Assembly: GCA_017499595.2 (NCBI GenBank)
Contig: CM039001.1
Location: forward strand, 3,410,001 to 3,474,000
Direction of reading: 5' to 3'
Source: Psilocybe cubensis
Taxonomy: Eukaryota
Length of the DNA stretch: 64,000 bases
A program made the translations under genes and the position numbers. The notes beneath the pieces are model-generated. The model searched no databases and was not told the origin of the DNA. It saw only the letters and a program-made list of their open reading frames with translations. This document shows positions 37,967 through 49,700 of this stretch, one piece after another; within the stretch, counting starts at the first letter, position 1, and each line of letters begins with the position of its first letter.

Positions 37967-40900
37967 GAGGAGCAAGGAGCAAGGAGGAGGAGCAAGGAGC
38001 AAGGAGGAGGAGCAAGGAGGAGGAGGTTTGATTGGGCGGTTTGATTGGGCGGTTGATTTGCTGCGCTGGGTTGGGTTGTTGCATTAGGCAGGATGGGGAC
38101 TTGATTCTTATTTTACCAATTGAGCGTCAATCCTCGTGCTCATGGGTAAGGGTAAGGGCAAGGAGCAAAAAGACCAAGGACGAGGACGAGGACGAGGGGA
38201 TGAGGGGACGAGGAACGAGGAATACAGGCCGAGAATGAAACTGAAAGACCAGAAACCAGAAACGAAAAACGAGGAATGAGGAATGGGGAATGAGGAATGA
38301 GGTAGCAGGGTGTCCCTAGGAGTATATATAGTGTACTACTTATATATTATATCTTGTACACAGTACACAGTACAGTTCCAAACAACGCAACGCCAACCAA
38401 CGCAATGCACAATTCACAATTCACGTTTCACGATGGTCGCAATTCACGATTCACGATGGTCGCAATTCACGAATTCCCGACTCGCGAATTCCGACTTGCA
38501 AACCTAATTGTTTTTCTATTTCTATTCTTAACTAATTCATTTCAACTTGCAAGATTGGCGATTATTTTTTTCTTACATTCATGATTTCTGGATCTTTAAT
38601 GATTGAGTGAGATTGTCAATATGACTCAATATCCAATATTTCAAATATTTCAATAATATTCAATGGCGAGGCTGACGACGGACGTCGGTCTGCCTGAGCG
38701 AGCGCCGAGCGATCCCAAGGTTCCTCACAAAAGAGATCCAAAAACAACTTGACAAGATCTAGAGTACACTCAAGCTGGAAAATAACAAAAAATGAAATGA
38801 AACGCCTCAACGAATTTTCGAAATAGTGACAAGAAGTGAAAACACTTCAATTCAGGCATATCGGTAACATACAAAGAAAAAAGCATACAGGATCAACATA
38901 TGAAAAAGTAACAACACATAACATTTAGCGCTCATCACCACCGCTCACCACCACCGCTTAAAGCATATCAGGGCCCATAGTGATATGCTGGAACACCATA
39001 CTCGTCTTCCTCTCCCTCCTCTCCTCCTCCACATCCACATCGCCCTCGCCCTCCAACTCGCCCACGGCACCATGCTTCGCAATGTGCCTGTGCGCCCTCA
39101 ACAACCTGCGCGCCTCCCTCGACGATTCACGGTCGTAGTAATCCCCATCTCCATCCCCGTCTTCCTCATCCCCATTCGCGGTGTTTCCACCGCCACTGGC
39201 ACTGGCAAGCGTCGAAGCCACCGAGCGCTGCACATCAAACAGATGCACAAGGTGCCTGCGCGGTGTCCGCTCCAAACCCTCTACCTGGAGCGCAGCGATA
39301 GCCGCGCGCACAACATCATACGTGCCCGTTAAATCCTGGCTCTCCGTGATCGGCGCCACCTCCAACGTATCCGTATAAAGCCTCCAACTCTCATTCTGCT
39401 TCTTCAGCTCCTCGAGCCTCGCAAGCGTCTCTTCCACATCTTTCATCTCCTCTTCTTCATACCTCCTCTCTCTCTCCTTGGATCTCTCCAGAAGCCTCTC
39501 CATACCTTTAACCCACTCTCTCAACACATCCATATCCAACGCGCCTCCAACTTTCTCACCATCACCAGCAGCAGCCTCCGCTTCCAAGCGCGCTACCACC
39601 CGCTTCACATCCTCAACCCCCTTCTCCGTCGCCGACTCCTGCAGATGATCATCCCGCGTACGAGAAACATACACCATCCCAAACACCTTCTTCCACCTAC
39701 TCCCCTCCCTCTCATCCGCCAACTTCACCACCGCCCTCTTCACATCCGTCCGGCGCGGCTCCACCTCCACCTGCCCATACGACGCAATATGCTCCACCGC
39801 ATACTGATGCACCGACTGGCCCCACGAAAACTGCTCCAGTCTATGCGTCAGCACCTGCACACTCGCGATCTCGAACGGCGTCAGCCCGACGCTGTCCTCG
39901 GTGTGCAGTAGGTCTCCTAGGAGCGAGGAGTGTTGTGCGGAGATGCTCGGTAGCGCGCGGCTGGTGTCGAGGATGTGTCGTGTGATCTGCACGAATTGGC
40001 GGCGCACGGAGCAGTGCAAGGGAGTTTGCCCGTCGACGTCGCGGATTTGGAGTAGAGCCGACGATGTGGGCGTGTACCCGAGAAGAATGCTGGCAATCTC
40101 AACGTGCCCGTTCTTAATGGCAACTTGTAATGGCTAATTCAAAGTTAATATAGCGACAATGCAAAAAAGTTAAGACAACGCACAGTGTTGAAGCGACGCT
40201 TGGATTGTTGTTTTAGCAAAGTTTCGTTGACGTCCTGGGGCAGCTTTTGAAGCAAATGTCCCAACAACTTCTTGTTGTTCTTTTGGCTCAGGTAATGATA
40301 CATATTCCATCTAATCAACCAGGTCAACTAAAAAAAATAAAAGCCCAAAAAATAAGCATACCCTTTAATGGAATCTTTATCCGCAGCGGATATACTTTTC
40401 GCAAGCAAGTAATCAACAATTTTGATGTCACTACCCATCTGCACCGCAAAAAATAGCATATTCATTCCGACAAATTTGATCCTGCGCACACAAAAAATAT
40501 CAGTCTACAAACACCAACCCAAAAAAAAAAACACAAAAAAAGACACTCACTTTGTCTTCAACGCCTGAGCCATCAGCTCCGGTTCCAACTTGTTCAGCAG
40601 CTCAATCATCTCCATCTTGTTCGAGATGATAGCAGCCGCCAGCGGCGATTCACCAAGAGCGTTGATCGTCCATCCGAGCCAGACCGCAAGCTGCTTCTTC
40701 GGACCACCTTTAGGCAACGATGCCACCTCTGCCCCACTCTCACCAAACAGATAGCGACGGAGCCAGCGCGCCTTCAACTCGCCATGAGCAGTCGTCGACG
40801 TCGCATAAGCTCTATACGCCTCAAATGGTTTTTCAGTCGTCAAGTATTCGATGATATTCTTCGCGCCGAGCTTAATAGCCCTCCAAAGGAGAGGAACCTT

Positions 40901-43263
40901 TCTCTTCTCCTCACCCGCATCGTGCGTCGCGTTGGGGTCATTCTTACGCGCCAAATCTATGCGCTTCTTCCCATGCACATCAAGACCGAGATACATCTTG
41001 TTCGCATCATTAGTGGCGATCGGCAGGTCCTCCTTCACATTTGCTTCCTTCTTGACCAGGGCAATGTCTAGCCCATCACCAGTCCTACGGAGATACTCGT
41101 CCAGAATATCAGCCTGATCCTCATCAAGAATACGGTCCATGATGTCCTCTCCAATCTGCAGAGGTTCCGCGAGAGACTGGTACAGGTCTGCGATATGTTT
41201 GAACGCATCGAGGTCGTGGTCTGCGACTGCCTTGGCGAGCGGCGCTGCTTGTGCCCTTGAGGGTTCAGTCGAATCTGCTGATAGCCTCAACCACCGGACA
41301 TGGGCCTCCGTCAACATCGTCTTGGGATGGATAACGCTCTGAACCGCAGACGGTCGGGTCGCAATATCAATGAACTTGATTTCTTGTTGGTCAACCGTCA
41401 TATCCGAATCGTCCGAAGCGCAACTTTCGTTGTCTGAATCATCGTCTACAAAGAAGAATCAGAGGTGCCTTTAACAGATGCAGGTCTGAAAACATACCCA
41501 AGTCGACATGTCGGTTGAATTTGATCTTATCTGTGTTGTCAGCAGGATGGTATTGAGCAGTTGCAATTGCGAGGACTAATTTTGCCGTGGCCCATTGACG
41601 TCCCGCGATAGCGGCCGAAAGAGGGGTGTCGCCTAAATGATATATCAGTAAGTGAGCATATTCGATTCTAAATCAAAACTTGCCTGTGCTATCATATGCG
41701 CCCATTGTGGAGTCGATCTGTCTGACAGATATGTTCAAAGGACTCGATCCATCTGTCTCTTGCCCTTCGATCGGTAGACAAAGACGTTGAACCCGGTCAT
41801 TGTCCCCAGAGAAGCATGCCTCAAAGAGTTCTTCATAAGCGCTGTTAAGATGTTGAGCGACGGGGTTCCGATCGTAACTATTCTTTGGAGAGAGGTGAAC
41901 ATATGATATCTTCAAGGTGTCACTAGGCTTGACCGTGCGGTGAGAAACCAGGCTCCTGAAGTTTCGCCGATTGCGGGAAGATCCTCCTTCGATGGTTGCC
42001 TGACTTTCGACAGTGGGATAAAGTTCCGCCCAGGTTTTAGCGCCTTTAGCTGTGAGCAGTGACTGGATTTCAACAAGGAACTCCCTGATATCTTGCATAT
42101 ACTCTAGGTCCTGCTTTTCAATTCTCGCCTGCCTTCGCTTCGTAGCAGCTTCTTGTTCCTTCATATGGGGCCGAGGTGTTGCTTCTCTATTGTGGTGCTT
42201 CTTATAGTAGGCCATCCAACCCTTGTCATCTTCTTCATCAGGGGCCGCCATAGGACTATCCGCGACTTCCACATTCTCGACATTCTTGGATGCAATTTGG
42301 TTCTCGATGGATACAATGGCCATATCAATCCAGTCCTTGATTGTTCGCCTCTGCGCAACATCTGAATATCTGCCCAACGATTGCAAGGTGCCGAAATCAA
42401 CTGTAACACCGAGGTTGATGAGGAGTTTTCCTAAATCATCATGGTTCTTTATCGCAACTTCCAAAGGCTGGTATGCAAGCTCCACATAATTGGTGATAGT
42501 ATTGCTTCCGTAAGAAGTCAGATATCTGAGGGTATTCTGTGGGCTATGGATATCTACACAGTCAGTAACAGGTCGCAGCCGGCGTAACGTGGCACTTACG
42601 CAGCTTCAGTAGCTCGAGTGATGTCTTTCTCATCCAATTCTAGCTTTGCGCCATTAGCCAAAAGAAGTGCAACAATGCCATAATACTTCTTGTTGATGGC
42701 AGTGACGATGGGGAATACCACATGCTGGTTCTGAAGTACAGGGAAGTTGACCACCTTGGATGAATGGGGATCGCACCGCAACATTGTCTCGACGAGTTTG
42801 GATCGCCCAGAGTGCACGGCCGCGTGGAAAATGGTACGCATGAAATCATTGGCTGACGAACTGGTTGCGCCAGCTTTGAGCAAGCATTCTGCAACTTGGC
42901 ATGCCTCCTCTTCGTCTTCTCGTAGAATGGTGAGAGTCAATGGATGCAATGGTGACTGGTTGGCAGGGGCTTTGGAGATCAGCTTGAGGTCTGCCCCAGC
43001 AGCGATGAGGGCTTCAATAGTTGGAACAGATGCGAATAAGATGGCAAAGCAGAGTGCAGAGAAACCGAAATCAAAATCGAACTCGTTGATACTAATGATG
43101 TCGGGCAGGTCGTCTGAATCTAGATCTTCTTGAACAGCTTCATCGGCCTCCTTCTCGCCTTTCGCTTTCTTCTTGTGCTTAGGACTATCATCATCATCAT
43201 CGTCGTCGTTATATTCGTCTTCATCCTCATCTTCATCCTCATCGTCGGCCGACATCACGACAT

Positions 43264-43549
43264 TGTAGGGATTTGGATACGCGTGCGCGCGACGCGACTC
43301 ACAACAAACACGTCACATGACGCTTGCGGACACACTCACTTGGCATCGTCGACGCCATATGGCCACAGCATAGACGCGTAGTCAGTAGTTAGCACCTTAC
43401 CGGAGACGTCGTTACACACCGAAGGACGTATCGAATCATATTTCCTATTTTTTTCCCATCTCTTTCCGTGCTAAACACATAAATATCTACAAAACTCTGT
43501 CCGTACTCAGGCTACTTTGTCCTCTCTCGAACTCGCCCCCTTCCCTACA
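43264..43549 (+). repeat. 5' LTR
   Basis: TGTAGGGA...TCCCTACA 8-bp terminal inverted repeat. Identical to 51064-51349 on line-by-line comparison. Confidence 0.97.
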
Positions 43550-43551
43550 TC

Positions 43552-43567
43552 TGGAGCCCACCGCGAG
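43552..43567 (+). promoter_or_regulatory. Primer-binding site, probably for tRNA-Thr
   Basis: TGGAGCCCACCGCGAG begins 2 nt after the LTR. Its complement CTCGC-GGTGGGC-T-CCA reads as T-stem, acceptor strand, U discriminator and CCA. The tRNA identity is inferred. Confidence 0.7.
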
Positions 43568-43731
43568 GGGACAAAACCAGTAAAACCGGTTTTGCCCGCC
43601 CCCTTGTCCGTTAAACCCCGTGTCACTGAGGAACTGTCAATATTGCCTCAAACAGCGGAAGTTCGACATCCCAACCGGTTCGAGGCTCCTTTCTCAAGAA
43701 GGGCTCGGGAATTCGATCTTCTTCTGGGAAA

Positions 43732-46700
43732 GTGATACCCAAGTTAGCTCCAAGGAAAGGGAAGAAAAAGGACGACGAATCTGAGTACAAACCATCGTCG
43801 AAAGCCAGCAGTTCTAACTCGTTATTACCCACCTCGGAAGCACCTCGAAATCGCCGCAACATTGCACCTGTCAGTTATAGGGAGCGATCTGCGTCTGTTA
43901 GTCCACAGGACGCTAACGAGCTCACTGTCAACGCACCAAATACTGACCCTATCACACCTACGCCAACCCAATTTTCGTTTCGACACGCACCACCACCGTT
44001 ATTCAATCGGTTCTCATTTCCACAAGGTACATTCCCAGGAGCGTGGTCTGTTGCAACACCACCAAGTGTACCACGACTAGCGTCGATTGAAGAGCCGGTT
44101 GACGAACCTCGTGAAGACGAATTTGATAGCGCCAAAGAGTGGCAAACATCGGACGGCGATTTCTTACCAGAACTCGATTTCAACGAGGAATCAGATCCAC
44201 CACCAAGATCTATCAGATCTGAGTCGCCGGAGGCAAGGTCAGAATCAGGAGAAGAAGACAAAGAAGACGTTAACAAGGAACAGCAAGTAGGAGAAGAAAC
44301 GAAGCAAGACGAAGAAGATCAGCAACAGCAAGACGAGTTCAAAGCAACCGACGTACCAGCTCCAGCTAAACAAGACAGCCAGACATCCAACAAAGAAGAA
44401 CCAAAGTCGTTACAAGTCCCTATACCCGAATCCCAATCAGGAGAATTGAAGAAAGAAGAATCGAAAGAAGAGAAGGACGCACCAAAGACAAATAACAACA
44501 TGGTTCAACCAGGAGGATCGACGACAACCTTTTTGAAGGAGATGCCAGCGCCGGGCTCGAGTAAAGCACCTAGCTGGTCAGGAGATGTAGATGAGCTGGA
44601 GGACTTTCTGGGGAAGTTCGAAAGGTTAGCAAAGACGGCGGGGTTAAATGACGAGATGATGGCAGAGGCAGTGGTGGACTATTTGAGGAAAGAGTCAGAT
44701 GTGAAGTTCTGGAAAACTTTCAAGGGTTACCGATTGGACCGACCACGGAGCTTCAAGGCAATGAAGGAGAAGTTAAAGGAGGAATATCCGTGGATGACAA
44801 AGGGTGGGAGTTACACGGTGGACGACTTGACGAGAGTGATTGCCAAAGCGACAAAGGGCAGTGGCATCAGGACCAGTGTCGAGCTCACCGAGTACAATAA
44901 AAACTTTGAACCAATTGGTCTCTGGCTAGTCAAACAAGGCGAGATCACTGAAGACGAATTGAACGAGTACTTCTGGATGGGCTTACCGCCTCGCCTTCAA
45001 GACCGGGTGGAAGTGCAGATGGGGGGGAAGAAAATAGGGTTGACGGGAAGGATGGCAGCTCCAGCGGTGGAGGATGTGTTGAAAACGGCGAGGCTGTTAT
45101 TAGACGAGGATGTAGGGAAAGGGAAGAGAGCTGAGCGAGAGGAGAAGTTGAGGAGGGCACAGAAGAAGCTGAAGAAGAAGGAAAAGCGGCGGAAGAAGAA
45201 ACATGAGAGCAGCTCATCGGATTCATCATTGGATTCAGAAACCGAGTCAGAAACCGAGTCTGTGTCATCGGACACATCAGAATCATACACTGAATCGTCA
45301 GATAGTGAGGACGAGAGGAGGAAGAGGAGGAGAAAGGAGAAGCGACGGGATGCAAAGGAGAAGAAGAAGAAAAAGAGAGAAAAAGAGAGGGAGAGGGAGA
45401 GGGAGAAGGATAGAGAGCTGGCGGAGTTGAGGGCAAGATCAGAGAGGCGGAAGGAAGAGGAGATTGCAAAGGTGAAAGAGGAGGAGGATGTGGTGCGAAC
45501 TCGACGAGTCTCATTTGGCGAACCAAAGAAGAAGACTCGAGAAGAGGATATTGGTGACTTGACACGCAAGCTAGCAGGATTGAAAGTTGGCGACGCAAAT
45601 TATGCTGCAACCTACGGTCAACTCTGTGCTATGGACCCAAACGCGCATATCTGGATACCAACACTACTGGCAACAACTCAGCAGGCGGCAGCAACAAACA
45701 TGGCAGTACACGCACCCTATCAGCCACAATTTGCACCAACGTATCAAACTCAGGCTTATCATACGCAGGCACAAACATTCGCCGCTCCGCAAATGCAAAT
45801 CCCACCACCAATACAATACGCCCAGGCGGGTATGTCAGGCCCAAGTTCAAACAGCTGCTATTTCTGCAAAAAAGGACAACATCGCATACGTGACTGTGTA
45901 GCCGCAGCCGAATACGTTAAAGTTGGCCGCATCATGTGGTTTGGAACTCCAGCTCGATTGACATATGCAAACGGAGAGCCTATCCGTTTTGAATATGGGC
46001 AGAGTTTGAAGGACGCTGTTGATAAGCGGTTCGGGTCAGCAGTTCCAACCCCAGGTCAAGAAGGGTGGCAGAGGGATCAACCACCACATGTCAATGTTGC
46101 AACAAGCGGTTATTATACGCAGACTACCAGAAACGCTAAGACATACACCACAGGGCGCAATGGAGAACAAGTGAAAGTGGAAGCAAGTAGCGGGCGGAAG
46201 AAAACAGTGGAGGAAGTGCGAAACGAGTGGAAGGAGATCCCATGGGAGAACGGGTACGAAAGCGAGGGCAAAGTGGAGTGGATGGCATGGCAAGAGGTGG
46301 CCACAGCGGAGGCATTGCTGCAGACACGAAGCGGGAAGAAGACGGGTGATGATGATGAGGAGAGCGGGAGGAAGGAGCAGGAAAAGAGGATAGAGAGAGA
46401 GATGAAGGAGAGAAAAGGAAAGGCAAGGGCGGAGGAGGGAGAAGGACACCACACTGACATCAAACACATCCGTTTCGATCCCAATGCCATTCAGCGAGGA
46501 GGACACGAGAAAGCATACACATACGAGTCCAGCATATCTGATCCAAAAGCGGCTTTGAAGATGGCAGAGAAAATCTTCAAAACTATTATACCTGAGGTTA
46601 CGGTCGGCGATATTTACGCACTCAGCGGGGACGTACGAAAAACAATGGTTGAGAAACTCAAGGTTGTGCGAGTACCTAACGAGGCATTCCCCAAAACCTC

Positions 46701-49700
46701 ACTATTGGATACAGAAAAGAAGTCAGCAACGACAGCAACAACAGGAGCGGCTACCTTCAAGATGCCAACACTCGAATACTGTACACCACTTCGGGAAATT
46801 GATGTCGTTGTATGCGGGACGGTTGCATCGGTCGGGTTGTTAGATGAAGGGTCAGAGATTGTGGTGATAAGGAAAGACTTGTGGGAGAGAACAGGGCACA
46901 GCGTCAACAAAGAGCAACAAATGACAATGGAAACAGCGACCGGCGAAAAGGAGGAGATGGGAGGATGTGCCGAGTTTATGGAGATTGAGGTCGGAGGCAT
47001 TGCATCAATGGTACACGCTTTCATCGCACCTCTCGATGCCCCATTCGAGTTGCTGTTGGGACGACCGTGGCAAAAGTACGTGAGGCTAGGGAAGGTTGAG
47101 CATAACGATGGGCGGGTAGATGTGATTGTGCACGATCCTAAAGACCAACGTCAAGCAAAGGTTATACCAACAAGAGAGCGAGCGAGGAAGGTTGTGAAGA
47201 AGGTGTTGATGTACAGGGAGGCAAGAGCAGAGCAACCAAGAGAGGAGGTGGTGGAATTGAGTGTGGAGGAGGTGGTAATGATGGCGCACAGTCAAGCTCG
47301 TACAAAACTCGCAAATGAGCTTCTAGGATCAACATTCACCTATGATCAAGTTCAGCACACATTGTTGTATAAGCCAGCAGCAAAGAAAACTCACCCGGTT
47401 GCAACAACAATGCCAGAATATGCGAATGTTCAACGTCGCTTTCCAGAGGACCCGCTGTTGACGTTACCGACAATACCAATGACGCCAGGGCCATTTAAGC
47501 CAGGAGAAAGGTTGACAGAAGAGAGGTGGAAGATGCTTGGAGTGGAGGAGAATGATTTTTTGTGGGAGGAAGAGAAGAAAGTGGTGGCGGCGGTGTTACG
47601 AGCAAACGAGAAAGGTTTGGCATGGGTGGAAGCTGAGAAAGGAAGATTTCGAAGTGACTACTTCTCGGATGTCGTCATACCGGTCGTCGAACATGAACCT
47701 TGGGTAAAGCGCTCGTTTCCAGTTCCACCAGCATTGCGAGAGCGGTTCAACAAGCTCATCGACGAAAAGTTAAAAGCTGGTGTCATAGAACCTACGACAA
47801 GTGCATATCGGCATGCAACAATCACGTTCGAGAAGAAAGGATCAAAAGACTTACGCATTGTGCACAACCTTGTCCCGCTTAATGAAGTCACTATCAAAGA
47901 CTCTGCGCAACCACCATTGATTGATTTGTATGCTGAGCAATGCGCCGGCCGCTCGATCTATACAACAATTGACCTTTTCGTGGGTTACGATCACCACACG
48001 CTGGACAAACGGTCGAGAGAGTTAACAGCCTTTGAAACACCAACGGGAACATACCAGCTTACTGTGTTGCCTCAAGGTTGGACAAACTCGCTGCAAATCT
48101 TCCATCGTGATGTAGCATTCATCCTACAACACGAAACAGAAGTTGCACCGAATTTTTCCGATGACATAGCGGTCCTGGGTCCAATGACGAGGTATGAGTT
48201 GGCGGGCGGAGGTTATGAGGTGATGGAGGAGAATCCGGGAGTGAGGAGGTTTGTGTGGGAGCACCTGATGGACGTGAATCGAGTTCTTCACAGACTAGCA
48301 CACGCTGGCGCCACAGCATCTGCGAAGAAACTGATTTTGTGTCAGCCGGAAGCAAAGATAGTGGGACAGATATCGACATACGAAGGGCGTAAACCGGATA
48401 AGTCGAGCGTGATAAAAATTGAGAACTGGCCACCATGCGAAAACGCGACCGACGTGCGAAGCTTTCTAGGAGTGGCGGGTGTGGTGAGGAAGTGGGTGAA
48501 GGACTTTGCGGCGATTGCAATCCCATTGGTCAACCTAACGAAGAAGCAAGTTCAGTTTAAATGGGACAAGGAACATCAAAACGCAATGAATTCACTGAAG
48601 ACTGCGGTCACGACATGCCCAGCAATCCGCCCCATCGATTACAAGAGTGGCTTTACGGTCATTCTTCAAGTTGACTCCTCAAACATTGCAGTTGGTTTCA
48701 TTCTCATGCAGTTGGATGCAAACGGCGCACGTATAATTGCACGGTTCGGTTCTATACCATGGAACCCACGAGAAGCTCGCTACTCGCAGGCAAAGCTGGA
48801 ATTATACGGCCTGTTTCGAGCAATTCATTCAGTCAAAATTTGGATTGTTGGGGTGCAAAATCTTACCATCGAAGTGGACGCAAAATATATCAAGGGTATG
48901 ATCAATAACCCTGATACGCATCCAAACGCAGCTATGAACCGATGGATTGCTGCCATTCTGATGTTCGATTTCAAGCTGGTCCACGTCCCTGGGAAGAACT
49001 TCAAGGGTCCAGATGGGTTGTCACGGAGGCGGAAGGTTGAAGGCGAGGAGGACGAGACAGAGGAGGATGCAGAACAGTGGGTGGAGGAGTTGTATCAATG
49101 TGGGGTGTGGATAGTGGCAGGAATGGGATGGAAGAAGGGAGATCAATGGCCGAGGATAGGAAAGCGAGGTTTAAAAGGGAAGAACAAGAGAAGCGAGGGG
49201 AAGGGTGCAGTAGGAATGGATGTGAAGGTGAAGGAACCAGGGGTTAAAATTAGCGAGGGAGCGAAAGAGGGAGAAGTGATGAGTGTGGAGGAGGCAGTGG
49301 TAGCAGCATTCAAGAGAAAGATGGCGGAAGCGACAGAAAAGGGAGGGTTACCAGACACAGAGGAAGTCAGACAACTCGACGACGAGCTCATGCAAATCAA
49401 GACTTACCTGGAGACACTGAAACCACCACCAAATCTCGATAGGGTTGCACTGAAGAGATTTGTGAAGAAGGCCAGTCGGTTCTTTGTCCAGGCGAACAGA
49501 TTATGGCGTCGAGATAGCGGCATACGTCACAAGCTCGTGCTATTTGGAGAAGACCGGCTTGAGGTTCTAGTCGAAGGACATGACATGTTAGGTCATCGAG
49601 GGTACTTTGCGACTCGCCATAACGTTGCCGATCGCTACTGGTGGCCAAAAATTGATAAGGATATTCGATGGTTCATCGACACCTGTCACCAATGTCAATT

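Noticed and set aside
38407-38495. Short tandem repeat TTCACGATGGTCGCAATTCACGA x2, superficially array-like
   Set aside because: Only two copies, no spacers and a eukaryotic context. It is part of the simple-repeat domain, not CRISPR.
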